This document shows, piece after piece, positions 1 through 12,829 of a stretch of 64,000 nucleotides of DNA; the stretch's first letter is position 1; each line of letters begins with the position of its first letter. A model generated the notes under the pieces. It worked only from the letters and a program-made list of their open reading frames with translations. It was not told the DNA's origin and did not search any database. The stretch comes from Eledone cirrhosa (Eukaryota), in the NCBI GenBank assembly GCA_964016885.1, contig OZ024740.1:70122001-70186000 (forward strand), in the 5' to 3' direction. A program made the position numbers and the translations under genes.

Positions 1-807
1 CTTAATAGGAACAATATAAAAATATCCTTCTCTACTACTCCTAACCTAGCAGACATCATAGGAACAACGAACCACAGTAAGATCACCAAGACACAGCACC
101 TCGACGCAGACGCACCTACACCTGACAATAACTGTATCGGCCTTAACAACTCCCTGACAGCATCCAATAGTGTTGGCAACGGCATCCGCAGACGCAACCA
201 GAATGACCGCGAAGTGACTGGGGAGCATGCAAAACATGGCGTGCGGAATAACAATCGCACCATCCCGCGTGCTGTGGGTTGTAATTGTGCTAACGACAGC
301 TGCGGTAGCGCAGCTAGCAACGTAGGCAGCAACAATGATAGCCTTATCGTGGGAAATAGACGGAACAGCGACAGAAATTGCAACTGCCGCGACAGAGGAC
401 GGTGCCTCCTTAGAGGTTACTGCTTGACCGATAGGGTTATATATAGATGCACTATTACTAGCCACAATAGCGTTAAACATTATATAGGGGCCACCTCCGG
501 CCCGTTCAAAATTAGGTTTCGAACACATCTCCACTCTTTCACAAATAGAAAACTAAGGCACTCCACCTCGCTCGCGGACTACATCACATCACTAAAGGAC
601 TTAAACATTAGCTTCTCCACGCACTGGGAGATTGTCGACAGGGCTGCACCGTACAACTTCAAGAGGAAATGCGATCTTTGCCTCATGGAGCTCTACCACA
701 TCATAACTGCACCCCACGAGCTCATCAACAGCAGAGCTGAAACAGCGATAAGTTGTACACATCGCTTAAAAATATCCTTCTTTAGATGGGTTAAGAATGA
801 AGAGTGA
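1..807 (+). CDS. C-terminal part of a Penelope-like element ORF (Nematis-type linker + GIY-YIG endonuclease), open from the window edge
   Basis: Frame 1 is open from base 1 (LNRNNIKISFSTTPNLADII), then CNCRDRGRCLLRGYCL, VIYRC..HYIGAT..FKIRFRTHLHSF and CDLCLME..LINSRAE..SCTH. Colinear with the PLE ORFs at 46933-48864 and 41926-43029. Confidence 0.9.
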   Translation, partial: LNRNNIKISFSTTPNLADIIGTTNHSKITKTQHLDADAPTPDNNCIGLNNSLTASNSVGNGIRRRNQNDREVTGEHAKHGVRNNNRTIPRAVGCNCANDSCGSAASNVGSNNDSLIVGNRRNSDRNCNCRDRGRCLLRGYCLTDRVIYRCTITSHNSVKHYIGATSGPFKIRFRTHLHSFTNRKLRHSTSLADYITSLKDLNISFSTHWEIVDRAAPYNFKRKCDLCLMELYHIITAPHELINSRAETAISCTHRLKISFFRWVKNEE

Positions 808-1060
808 AATAGCACACTGGATCTCCCTGCAACAAGTCTTAACACCCCGGCGGGCAGGCGCAGCAAAATAACACCCAGAAAACAATCCTTGCATACCAAA
901 AATTATCCGGGAAAGACTGCCCTAACACCGGCCAAAGTTACCTCCCTTGACCTGCTGCAAAATCAAAACAAGATATTTTTGCGAGCAATGAATCTTGATG
1001 TGGATTTAACCCCCAAAACTCTTTCCGAACTATATAAGGAACTCTTGTGATTGTTTATGC

Positions 1061-1095
1061 CCTTGAGAAGCCCAACTGGGCGAAACGTACGTAGG
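1061..1095 (+). ncRNA. Minimal type I hammerhead ribozyme, U3-A8 core variant
   Basis: cc-TTGAGAA-gccca ac tgggc-GAA-ac gtac gt-A-gg: 5-bp stem II, palindromic stem III, GUA site; stem I very short. Confidence 0.65.
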
Positions 1096-1178
1096 TGATA
1101 TTTTAAATAAACATGTTTTAACGGTCTATTCTCCGATTTTTCACTTTCCCACGTACATTTATATATTTATTTATAAAT

Positions 1179-1287
1179 ATGTTAATATGTTGTCAGATAC
1201 AAATTAGTCACTTTTGTATATAGAAAAAATAATGCATTTTTTCTATATACAAAAGTGACTAATTTGTATCTGACAACATATTAACAT
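1179..1287. repeat. Perfect inverted repeat, 52-bp arms, 5-nt spacer
   Basis: 1179-1230 is the exact reverse complement of 1236-1287; the loop is AATGC. Confidence 0.95.
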
Positions 1288-2927
1288 TGTTCTTAAAGAC
1301 TTTCGGCATTTGTTCCAGCGCTTGGAACTCTGAGTCCAAATTTCCACATGGTCACCTTTGCCTTTCTTTCTTTCGAGATCAATATATTTAGTACTAGTCT
1401 ATGGCGGGATTTTAAAAGCGTTGGACGGGATTCTATGTATTGTCTGTCCCGGCTCTCTATATTCTTGGTTCAAATTCCGCCAAAGTAAACTCGGAGTGAA
1501 TGAAGTACCATTTCAGGATCATGAGTCGATTGAATTATCAGAGCATTCACCCACTACCCAATAATAATGGTTTCTACTGATACTGGCATAAGGCCAGTAA
1601 TTGCTTATGGAGGAAAAAGTTGATTATATAAACCACAGTATTTATCCGGTACTGTATATTGTCGACCCTGAAAGGATAACAGAAAAGCTGAGCACAGCGT
1701 ACTGAAGTAAATATTGTAACGCATTCTAACCTACACTAACGATTCTACCAGTCCACCGCCACTCCGCCGTCCAATCATGATAACAGCCTTAATACCTATC
1801 TAAGAAAGGAGCCTAAATATAGTTGTTTGACTTGCTAGAAATAAAAGCCGAATTCCCCTTAAATGATTTACTAACGACTTTCAGATGATATCTAACACTA
1901 CATTAAATAATATATAGCATTAGTTTCATGTGTTTAGTCATAGGTCGGCTCAGTCAACAACAATAATGACAACAGTAATCTTAAAACAGCAATCATAGCA
2001 ATAGCGAATAATTCTATATTTCCATTCTGTGCTGTACGTTGATCCTTCCTTCTATGAGAAGTTGCTAGTCCTTTCTATTTTTGGAGAAAGAGTTGTTGTG
2101 TGTGTGATTCCCGCAAGGTTTATCAACACTGAAAATGTGCCTGATTCGGAAAGAAGAAGAAGAAGAAGAAGAAGAAGAAGAGGTAACTTTTTTATCGAGC
2201 CTTGAAGAACGAAAGGCAAAGTTGACTTCGGCCAGTATTTGAACTGAGAGCGCAATAAAGCAACAAATATAGTAAGACATCATATCCGATGCTCTAGCAT
2301 TTATAGATATTTGATTTGTATCCAATAATAATACTACTTGTAGAAGACAAAACAATACATGATAGTACAATGTAGGAAAATATAAATAAAAAAGAAGCAA
2401 AATACATGCGATACTACTTGAGCTTTTATGCACTTAGTTTGTTTCAAAATAAAGGCGAAACTACCTACAATATATATTATAAACCTACAAGCAATGAAAT
2501 GAAACAACATCTCTTATTGGTTACTGTAATCATCTCGAAATAGAAAGCAGCATCGACTTAGTTCTGACATATGCTTGATCGACCTAGTGTCAAGGAAAAT
2601 CCTTACTAGCGCCAGTTCCATTACCAGTGTTCTGACAAATGAAATATCCCAGCGTTTCTCGAGGGAAATTAGTTTCCATGCTAAAATACTATCTCTTGCA
2701 AATAAACTTAGATGCAAATTCTGAGTGGTTTATTTATTCCTATTTTTTTTTTATTATTATTACTATTACTATTTTATTTGTAGAGGATTTACTGAAGAAA
2801 ATTTTTTTTTTTTTTGCATTCGTCGATTATTTTTTATATTTATTGAAATGTGAAAAAAAATCAATAAAAATCTTAATGTCCATTTATAAAACCAAGCTTT
2901 TCTGAATAACAAGATTAATTTCGTAAT

Positions 2928-3167
<240 letters not shown>

Positions 3168-3219
3168 ATGCATACATTTACTTTTCTCAGTCGGTCCCGA
3201 GAAGCTGCAGAAGCCACGA

Positions 3220-5200
3220 TAGTATAAGGATAAGGAGAAGAATTAGTAATACAAGGGATGAGTGGAATGAACCTGATGGGCTATACAGTAGGGATTTTAT
3301 CGATGTTTCCTGATGATGAGGGATGTTCTAGGTACGAGTTGATGAGTGTGTTGCAGCTCTGTGAGGATAACATATCTGAAGTTGGATTTTTGATAGTTCT
3401 TAAAATAGGGACGCTAGAGATATGGCTGAAATTATTAGGGCTAAATACGTTAGGATTACATTGGTCAGCAAATCATTGGATTGGCTGTGTGTAAGTTCCT
3501 TTTTGACAATAGAGAGGTACTTAGGTGCCTGCCTGAGGAAGTAAGAGAATTTATGTCGGTTACAGTTATTAGTATCAGCCAATGATATGGTATATATTGT
3601 TTAACTATATTAGAAGCTTGTCAGATGTTAAAGTTGGGAATTGTAAGGAAGCCTGCAAACGGTTGAGCGATTGCTTCGGCCAGTGGGCTACGTGATTAGA
3701 GGAGAGCAGATTATTGCTAGGAACAAAGGTCTCAAGTGCTTGATGATGAAAAGCACTACGTATAGGAAATCTTTTGGGTGAGCGGAGTTAATTTAGGTAA
3801 GATTATTTAGGAAATCAGTCCTTCATTTTGTGGATAAGTTGGTATTGCTAGTGGGGCATTGGAGGAGATGGAAGGAAAGAATCATTAGTTTAGCTAAAGG
3901 TACGATTAGGAGGTTGGATTTTGTAGGATATCTATATTTAATAAGCCCGAAGTAGAGCAGAATTTATTTAGATTTTCTAATACATACATCATCGTAACGA
4001 CAGGTAATTTCGTATTAGTTTTAAGGGGTATTATCTGTTAGTTGTGGCTAGGGATTTAGCGGCTATAGTTAGTTATAACCTTAGCGGTAATGGAACTTAC
4101 GTGCAAGTGTTGTAGAATATCGGTCCGCTGGAGGAAAGGTTTGAGTGGTTGTCAGATTGAAGAGAATAAGAGTTTTCCCAAGGAGGCCTTTGTTAACAAT
4201 TGTGATGCGATTCCTGGTAATAGTGGTATGAATGGGACAAAGAGGATAAGATGGCCCACTGAGTTTTGGGCTAGTTTGGATAGAATAGAAGTGATAAAAA
4301 CCATGCACGTGTATAACTTATCCACCTTATATACTAGTTTGGAACTAGATTTGGTGGCGGAAGGAGTGGGTACGATAAGAACCTTAAGTATTTAACTGAA
4401 ATACAGACATGTTTCTTTTAGGAGCGGCAAAATTTCATTTCTAGAAGGTAACGGGTACACTTTCTGGACAAATGGTAAACGCAAATGGGCGGTCAGATTC
4501 ATGGTTAATAATACATATGTTACGTTTGAAAGCAGTCTGTTCAAGCAGGTCAGAGTTATATCAATGAACGGGAGCTGTAGTTTGCGCCTGGCATTTTTAT
4601 ATTTAATCTCTTGTAAGATCATGTTTCTAATAGGAATAAAGACGACAGGCCTAATTAAGCTGTTAGGTAGGTGATGGGGATACGTTGCTGATGTTTTTGT
4701 TCCGAACTATGGGCACTTCGAAGGTTTACTGTATAAAATTTATCCGGATAATTTGAAGATGAACAGGAATGGTTGCAATGTAAATAAATTCAATTATTTA
4801 GACGTCAATAATGACAGGTAAAATGGGTGGATAATAACGAGTATTTATAATAAGACTAGAGATTTTCGTTTTAAAATAGCTTGGATGCTCTTCACGTTTA
4901 GCTGTATATCCATGTTAAAGTGTTAGTCATAGCGTGCTTTCTTGTCAAGTAATAAGGTATGATAGAATAAACCACTAATTTGGAATTGTTATAACTGAGG
5001 TTCGGAAACTATTAACGCACATTGTTAGACAAGGATTCGATAGGACATTATTGATACAACGATTCGTTACATTGATTTAAAACGAGAGATTTTAAGAGAA
5101 TCCGGGGATATTTTAAGGTTACAGTTAAGTAGCGAATGGCTAAACGAGGCGAACGATGAGTGGTAGTTTGAGAGTTTAGGGTTTCCATGGTACTGTTATT
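3220..5200 (+). pseudogene. Decayed Naiad-type PLE (N-terminal endonuclease remnant, linker, RT)
   Basis: Broken-frame motifs in order: ..EIWLKLLGLN (GIY-YIG end, ~3410-3450), GYVIRGEQIIARNKGLKCLMMKSTTYR (~3690-3770), KTMHVYNLSTLYTSL (~4300), NNTYVTFESSLFKQVRVISMNGSCS (~4510-4580), YVADVF (~4681), IYNKTRDFRF (~4843). Many stops and frameshifts. Confidence 0.7.
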
Positions 5201-5750
5201 ATTATTTGTTTTGATATTTACTAATTGTTCTAGGCCTTTCTTTGTTTGTTATGTAATATTAAGATTAATTAGGATTTCTGTTGCATGTTCACTTCAGTCT
5301 ACTGCCTTTTCAATTACAGTTTATGCTCAATATGTCTGTTCCTTCTGTTGCAGCCTGTGGGTAGCGCATTTTCTTAGCTAATAGATTGTAGTTGAGTCGG
5401 TATGCATCTGTCAATCGGATCAGATTTATAAGGGTTATGCGTGAGTTCCATAACAATTAGTAATGAGTTTCAAGTCGCTGCGGATTATTATTGTAGAAAC
5501 AATTATTATATAGTAATACTAATACGACGGTTGTAGTCAAATGTCTTCGGTTATCCTCAAACCAGTAATTCTTCCGTGTAGGTGATTGGTTGACCGGGAT
5601 ATGAGGATATAGAATGGTGTGTGTGATTTAGCTCTTGTTATAGTGGTCTTGTACTGGGGCTGGTGTTTGGGATCGATTATAGATGTATGGGTTACTTTTG
5701 CGTAGGTTCTTGGTTGAGTTTAGATTAATCTAGATCCACTTACGTTCAAG

Positions 5751-6400
5751 TTAAGGCAATTCAGGATGTGGAATTTCATATTGGGGAACCGACATATGGT
5801 GTTTTAACCCGGAGGTTGTATTAGATATCTGGCTACAAATTTGACATGTAGTAACATCTGGCTGTGCAGGGTGATTTGCAACATAATCTGCCTGTGTCAT
5901 TTTCTGTTCATGTGTTTTCACATGGTTTACAAAACCAGCATTAGAGAGAAGGACACAGTGACAGAAATTACAATCCAATAATCAATACTTTCAAGCTCTA
6001 ACAACTCGCCATTTCTTAGTGCTCGTTTTAGCTTTGCCCTTCCTTTTTTTCGTTTCATCTAACAGTTGACAGCCTGATTTAATTGTCTTTCTCTATGTAT
6101 TACGACCAAGGACTTGCATTTCCCATTGATTTATATCTAAACCCAGACATTTTATATTTTCCTTAATACAGTCTTTGTACTTTTTCTTAGGCTGAAGCTG
6201 TTATCTTTTTCCTTGTACAAGTTCACCATAAAAGATTTTCTTTGGAAGTCTTGCGTTATTCATGTAAACAAGATGATCTACCCAGCACATCTGTCTTTTA
6301 GTGTCAGGGCAATTGATTGTAGAGTGCTCCGACGTTTGTAAAACTTCATTGCCAGGTGCCATTCTTCTCCAATTAATACTCAGGATCTACCAAAGGCACT
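5751..6400 (-). pseudogene. RTE-clade LINE 3-prime fragment (post-RT region and C2H2-like fingers)
   Basis: The minus strand gives ..ENLYGELVQGKR..PKKKYKDCIKENIK.. and CNFC..GFVNHVKTH / CQIC..GLKHHM, resembling RTE ORF C-termini. Confidence 0.65.
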
Positions 6401-6469
6401 TTTGGTGAAATCTCTCAAGTATCTTGAAATGCCGCAGGTAAGCACACACGCCTCATACACAGGCATTAT

Positions 6470-7325
6470 ATTTAACTTTGCTCAAAATTACATGGTTTCA
6501 TCCGTGATCAAACTTAAACACAAAATCACATGGACTCATCCAAGATCAAAGCATGGGCACATGATTGATTTTATCATCAGCCGTAAACGTAATCTTACTG
6601 ATATGAGTAATGCGCGTGTGATGTGTAGTGTGGAATGTGACATGGATCACAAGCTGGTGCGAGGAAAGTTTAAAATTCGTGTTTGTAAGAAGGTCTGTAT
6701 AAGTGGGGTCAAGATTCTAAATCGTATTGATGTTAGTAAACTGGCACGGTCTGGTTTTTGTCAAGCCTTATTCGAACTGCTAGATAGTCTAGAACTGGAT
6801 GGAACATGGGAAAATCTTAACGAAAAAGCTTATTCCACAGGCGCAGATATACTTGGTTAGTGTGAAAGAACATAAGGACTTGTTTGATAAAAATGTTCCT
6901 ATCGCCAGCCAGTTACTGAAAAGCAAACAGACACTCTATGAAAAGATCCTGGGTGAGAATCCTTCAATACTACCTGCTTTGGGAAGATATATAAAGATTA
7001 CAAAGACATTACAGCGTGAACTGTGAAGGATGAAAAACGATTGGTGCAATGTGTCTTTAATAGTAAGGATAGTAAAACGCTTTATGCTTTATTACAGCAA
7101 TTATTTGGTCCTCAAACATCTTCTCTTGTATCTGTGCAATTGAAGGATGAGGTAGGCCTCTATAAAACCCAGAGAATATTATGAAGCGATGGAAAGAGCA
7201 TTTCTCTGACCATTTTCACAATCCTTCTATTGTCAACATTGATGTTACAGAGAGTCTGCCTCAATGTGGACAATCCACCGACTATTAAAGAAATCAGAAA
7301 GGCAACCACACAGTTAAACTCCAAC
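6470..7325 (+). pseudogene. RTE-clade LINE fragment (end of APE endonuclease to start of RT)
   Basis: TWTHPRSKHGHMIDFII..RVMCSVECDMDHKLVRGKF (APE C-terminus), RWKEHF (~7190), PPTIKEIRKATTQLN (~7275-7320); frameshifted. Confidence 0.8.
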
Positions 7326-7329
7326 ACTA

Positions 7330-8850
7330 TTTGCAATATACTTTATATACTTTGCCGTTCACTTTGTTTATGTAAGTTGGTATTGGAATCAATTGATGAT
7401 TTCGTTGTTTGGTTAGGCCTGAAATTTGGTTGTGCTAGTGAGGTGTTTGGGAAATGGAACAAGAGGGTTTTTTAGCTTGGTAAAAAGTAGGTTAAGAGGT
7501 TTGGGCACGATGATAAAAAATGGGTCCGAAATAAAGAAATTTTAGATGGGTTTCACAATAAGTACACCAAAGCACCGGCGGATAAAGTAGTAGGTAATTC
7601 CGTTATAATATGCAAAACATACTACCTGTGGTTTTTAGCTTGAGAGTTAGGATGTGATATTAATTATAACTTTAGCGGTAATGGAATATACAAGCTAAAT
7701 CCGGGGAATATTAATCAGCTGATAGTAAAGCTTACGTGTGGAGTAGAGGATCTGGGTGTCTGTTGAAGGAGGAGAATATGTGTGTTCCGAGAGTCTTCTG
7801 GATACCCAAGTTACACAAGACGCTATATAGATGAAGATTTATAGCCGGAGCTAGTAGGTGCACGAATAGACAAGTAGGTATTTTAGTTAACGAATCTTTA
7901 GCAGTGGCGAAGGAGGCATTTAATAGATAGTGTGACGCACTATCTATTAAATAATTCTTAACTAAATTGAGCAGAATAAGGATTCTAAAGACAATGCACG
8001 AATATGAATTTTCCACTGTTTTCACTATTTTGGAGCTGGATTTAATTAAAAAGAGCCTGGGTAGTATAATAGACATGGTTTTCGGTAATAAGTTAAAGTA
8101 TGTTTCCTTCAGGAACGGCAAATGTTTCACGTCTAGAGCAAGATACAATGGATACACAAATTGTACAAAGGTTAAGCTCATATAGGTAGTCCGATTTATA
8201 CCATATAATTATTACGTTACATTCGCAGGTAATGTATTCAGGCAGATCAGAGTCATACCTGTAGTTCGCTCCTGGTAGATTTATATTTAACCTCCTCTGA
8301 GATTGGCTATCTAGAGGAGCTAAGAAAGCTTAGAATAAGCCTAATTAGATAGTTGTGTGAATGTTGTAGGTTTATCGATGATATATTTGTTCCTAATTAC
8401 AAGTATTTTCAGGGTTTGCTGCACAAGATCTATGAAATAGTTTAGAAGTGAATATGAATGGATGTGACGTTAGCAAGGTTAATTGTTTAGACTACACTAT
8501 GGAAATAGGTGGTGAGATGATAGTTACAATGATCTACAATAAGACTAAAAGTAAGTTTGAAGGGGGCTTGGATACTCTTTACTTCTAGCTGTAGGCCAAA
8601 ATCTTTATGATTCAACGTGTTTTCTAATAAAATTATACATTACAGTAGGATGAATGTTTTTACGGGGGTAGGGAAAACATCTTTGAAACATATGGTAGTA
8701 CAGAGATCAAAGACACATTTCTGATATGGCATTTTTGTCGGTGCCTTGGCGCTAAAAGGGAGATTCTGTAAAGATTTTGCGGGTTTCAGTTTGCTTTGGA
8801 AAGCGTATGGCTTAGAATTTAATTTACTTTGTGGTTGATTTTATGTGTAC
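7330..8850 (+). pseudogene. Second decayed Naiad-type PLE RT
   Basis: APADKVVGNSVIICKTYY (~7572-7625), PRVFWIPKLHKTLYR*RFIAGASRCT (7787-7865), TMHEYEFSTVFT (~7990), FAGNVFRQIRVIP (~8222), RFIDDIFVPN (~8368), IYNKT (~8532). Confidence 0.8.
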
Positions 8851-9489
8851 ATGTAGGTTTGGTGTATGTATATATGATTTAATCTTCATTATGTTTTGCA
8901 TTCGTGTGTATATATTATATTTATTTATATGTAAATAATGACTCTGACCTTTTGTGTTGCCTTTTGTTATCGTATTTTATATCATATTTATATATTTCAT
9001 CTTGTATTCGTTTCGCATATTTCTTTAATGGCTTGGCTATTTTCCTGATTATTATTATTTTGGGGATTTTATGTGTGTTGTCAAAACTAGACTTCGCGAT
9101 ACGGGGGGGGGGGGGTACATGCCATCTAAATGGATAGATTGAGGGTATAAAGACAAGAGACAACGGGAGGTGGTGTTGTACGGCCTATTACGTAATAGTA
9201 TCGTCGTCGTTGGAGATAATGATAGCTTTCGCTATATTATATAAAAGCTACGTGATATGACAGCTGCAATTTCATAACTGCCTTCTCCGTTAAGTGGCTA
9301 TTGCAGTCCTGTTGCGTAAGCCAAGTTTGGGAGGGTGTGTGGTCCGCTTTTGATTTTCTGAATTTGGAGGGTGAGACATTTTGTTTGGCAGGATTTATGG
9401 GTACAGGTTGGTGTTCGTTTCAGGTTGTTTGCTGAGAGTTAGTAGAATGATTGGAGCAATATTGATTTTACTCGTACGTATATATATAT

Positions 9490-9705
9490 AGGAACGATCG
9501 ACTTTCGTCAAATCGGACCGAGGGAACAATGTTTCCGTTGGTCTTTCCAATTGCTAATACTATCTATCGGTCGCAACTCCAGGTAGAAGGAGCAACGTGA
9601 AATAAAGTGTCTTGCTCAAGGACATAACGCATCGCCTGGTCCAGGAATCGAACTCACAACCTTACGATTGTGAATCCAATTCTCTAACCACTCAGCCACA
9701 CGCCT
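9490..9705 (-). mobile_element. tRNA-derived SINE, family B
   Basis: Near-exact reverse complement of 59926-60150; inserted in (TA)n. Confidence 0.85.
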
Positions 9706-9709
9706 TCAC

Positions 9710-9745
<36 letters not shown>

Positions 9746-9935
9746 AAAGAGTCAAGACTCCGACGGCTGAGCTCCGGCCGTTTCGACAGCTAGATCCGAA
9801 CTGTCGAAATCGGCAAGAGCTCAGCCGTCGAAGTCCTGACTCTTTTCCTATTGACAACTCTACTTACTACCGTAAGTATCGAGTACTCTGGTGCGGTATG
9901 GTCCACCTGGTATCTTACCACACCTTCTTTGTTTT
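9746..9935 (+). mobile_element. Short non-autonomous hairpin + tail element (family also at 17747, 18779, 31587)
   Basis: Imperfect inverted repeat 9746-9846, then a ~90-nt tail whose AAGTATYGAGTACTCTGGTGCG..ATGGTCCA segment recurs at 18844-18890; flanked by microsatellites. Confidence 0.7.
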
Positions 9936-9945
9936 ATATATATAT

Positions 9946-10267
9946 AAGCAAAGAGTTATTTAATTTGTTGGTTATTCAACAAATTTATTTATAACAGATT
10001 CGAAACACTCTACAATATTCTTCTGGAGTATAATATCAATAATATTAATAAATGGAAACTATCTTTATAAAACCATATTTATTTTATTTTATTATATATA
10101 TTTCAAGGGTACCAACATTTTTTGGCACGCTCATCACTACCTATAAAACAACTTTTTTATTTTACCTGATGAGGGCGTACCAAAAAATGTCGGTACCCTT
10201 GAAATATATATAATAAAATAAATATGGTTTTATAAAGATAGTTTCCATTTATTAATATTATTGATAT
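9946..10267. mobile_element. Inverted PLE-type 3-prime end pair with HHR
   Basis: Arms ~10033-10138 and ~10166-10267 are reverse complements; an extra tail at 9946-10032 is on the left arm only. Confidence 0.75.
10158..10220 (+). ncRNA. Type I hammerhead ribozyme
   Basis: tattttac-CTGATGA-gggcgtacc..ggtaccctt-GAAA-tatata-TA-ataaaata. The mirror copy at ~10080-10138 reads GTGATGA and lacks stem I. Confidence 0.7.
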
Positions 10268-10559
10268 ATGTATATATATATATATATATATATACGTAAA
10301 TAAGATCGTTATTGCTCCATTTGTGAATGGAGAGCCATTCATATATGTATATACACGTGTGTGTGTGTGTGTGTGTGTGTGTTTCCTTTTGTGTCAGTTT
10401 TACGTCTTGAACCTAGTAGTTCAACAAAATGGAACTATAAAATATGTACCTGTCTTGAAAAATAAAGACTGTAGTCGATAATCGACTTTCTCCCTTCGCC
10501 TCTCTCCCAATTTGCTGCCCTTATCATTATGTTAGAATGAGTTATTATTGTTAGTAAGA

Positions 10560-10578
10560 GAAGTAGTAGTAACAGGTA

Positions 10579-10656
<78 letters not shown>

Positions 10657-10768
10657 CGGCAGCAGCAGCAGCACCAGTAGTAGTAGTAGTAGTAGTAGTA
10701 GTAGTTGTTGTAGTAGCAGCAGTAGCTCTTACAGCAACAGCATCAGTAGCAGTAGTAGTAGTAGTAAT
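10560..10768. repeat. (TAG)n/(CAG)n trinucleotide microsatellite
   Basis: Direct reading; explains the poly-V and poly-L ORFs. Confidence 0.95.
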
Positions 10769-11288
10769 ACTTAGAATTTGACGTCAAAGTTTTGTAGTAA
10801 TAAAATGTCTTATAGACACGCAAACACAAAAATTCTCGTTTTTTTTTCCCCGTTTTATTTTCTATCTATTTGCAAATGACAAAGCCTCGATCCAATCCAA
10901 CTTTTTCTATAAACATAATATAATGTTAACCTAATTTCTTTCTATTCTCATCTACCGTTTTACATGAACGATTTCTTCGTTGCCACAATTGACATACTAC
11001 TCCATATTTCTTTTTCTCAACCTGCCTTCTTTGCTGGAAACTGTGAAGTTAATGTATTCTCTGTCCTATATACATCCTCTTGAGGGTTATCGTACCAAAT
11101 TGTCCACTTCGACTCACTACAAATCTCTGTCTTTTTTCACAACCCACATCTATTCTAAATCTTGTCTTTAACATATTTTTGATAGTTTGTTTCGTTTTTG
11201 CTTTTGTGCTGCCTTGCTTTGTGTTTTGCATTCTATGAATAATGTCATTTTGTTGTTGTGGTTACTCTCTCGCTTTTTATCTCATCTT

Positions 11289-11355
<67 letters not shown>

Positions 11356-11419
11356 TTATATATACACACACATATATATGTATACGTATATATATATATA
11401 TATACATATACATAGGTAC

Positions 11420-11459
<40 letters not shown>

Positions 11460-12299
11460 ATGATGGCTGCCCCCTCGCTATCGAGTATGGACATATATAT
11501 ATATACATATATATATATGTATATATATATATACATATACATATATATATACACATATATATGTATATATATATATACATATATATATGTGTATGTGTGT
11601 GTGTTTAGTTATTTCCCTCTCTCACTCCCCGTCTATCTGTTCTCCGCCATTTCCTCAGTCTTTGCCCTTCTCTTTTACATTCCATTTATCTCAACGCCCT
11701 TCTACGCCGATATATTATAGCGTATCTGATAGATGAAACAATGAGATAAGTACATGACCAGATGACCAGATACTTATATTAACCATAAAGTATTACCACG
11801 TGTATTTACACATGCACATACACATATGCATACGTATTTACGCATATATGCATGACATACACACGTGCACATGCGCTCCTACTGGCTCGCGCTTATGCGT
11901 GATCTGGTGGTAAGAGAGTTAGACTTACGATCATAATGTTATGGGTTCGATTCCTATAGTGAGGTATGTGTTGTGTTCTTGAGCAAAACAAGTCATTTAA
12001 TTTTGCTCCTCTATACTCTGCTGAAAATGAGTACCAGCATTAGCTGGGAGTTTAAACATACGATGGACTGTTGTCCTGTCCAGAGGAATGTCTTGAATTC
12101 TCAGTCGCTTCACACCACGGAAACCAGCGTAATGAGCCTCCGGATTCTAGAGAGACTTTAGACTTTTACTGTGTATATATATATATACATACATTTTGAT
12201 AGGCGGCATATTGACTGCGTCGTATCACTTTACGGTATCTGCATACATGCTACATACATTTCTGAAAAATATGTTTCAACATGTTAAAATACCCCCCCC

Positions 12300-12385
<86 letters not shown>

Positions 12386-12386
<1 letters not shown>

Positions 12387-12741
12387 AATGAAGTAATTCC
12401 GTCGGAAAAGTCCAGGAAAAAAGAGTGCTCTATGTAGGTAACAGAGCTTAATAGTTATATAATAAACAACATAAGGCAATTATTTCATTTACCAGTGGTT
12501 TCTTAAAAGCAAAAAAATTTTGCTTTCAATCAACAGAATGAAAAAATCCTGGTGTATTTATTGGCGTTGGATGTTAAAAACAAAAATATAATCTATATAT
12601 AGATTATAAATCCTGGTCTTTTTAAAATCCAACGCCAATAAATACACCAGGATTTTTTCATTCTGATGATTGAAAGCAAAATTTCTTTGCTTTTAAGAAA
12701 CCACTGGTAAATGAAATAATTGCCTAATGTTGTTTATTACA

Positions 12742-12750
<9 letters not shown>
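12386..12750. mobile_element. Inverted PLE-type 3-prime end pair with HHR (family also at 14327-14427 and 43084-43265)
   Basis: Arms ~12451-12572 and ~12627-12750; the tail at 12386-12450 is on the left only; between (TG)n and (TA)n. Confidence 0.8.
12656..12716 (+). ncRNA. Canonical type I hammerhead ribozyme
   Basis: tttcatt-CTGATGA-ttgaaagcaaa atttc tttgcttttaa-GAA-acc act ggt-A-aatgaaa: 7-bp stem I, 11-bp stem II, GUA site (cleavage after 12709). Confidence 0.9.
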
Positions 12751-12812
<62 letters not shown>

Positions 12813-12829
12813 TTATATATATATATATA

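Larger units (their letters stand above)
1..1160 (+). mobile_element. 3-prime end of a Nematis-type PLE (ORF end + pseudo-LTR with TATA-like box, HHR, AATAAA)
   Basis: ORF stop at 807, TATATAAG at 1031-1038, HHR motif at 1061-1095, AATAAA at about 1106, then TA-rich sequence. Confidence 0.8.

Noticed and set aside
46-534. 162-aa minus-strand ORF
   Set aside because: Antisense shadow of the PLE endonuclease ORF.
7787-7960. In-frame TGA in the Naiad-type RT as possible selenocysteine (Sec-encoding Naiads are reported in clams and spiders)
   Set aside because: TAG and TAA stops and frameshifts occur in the same stretch, so ordinary decay explains it. A family consensus and SECIS search would be needed to revisit this.
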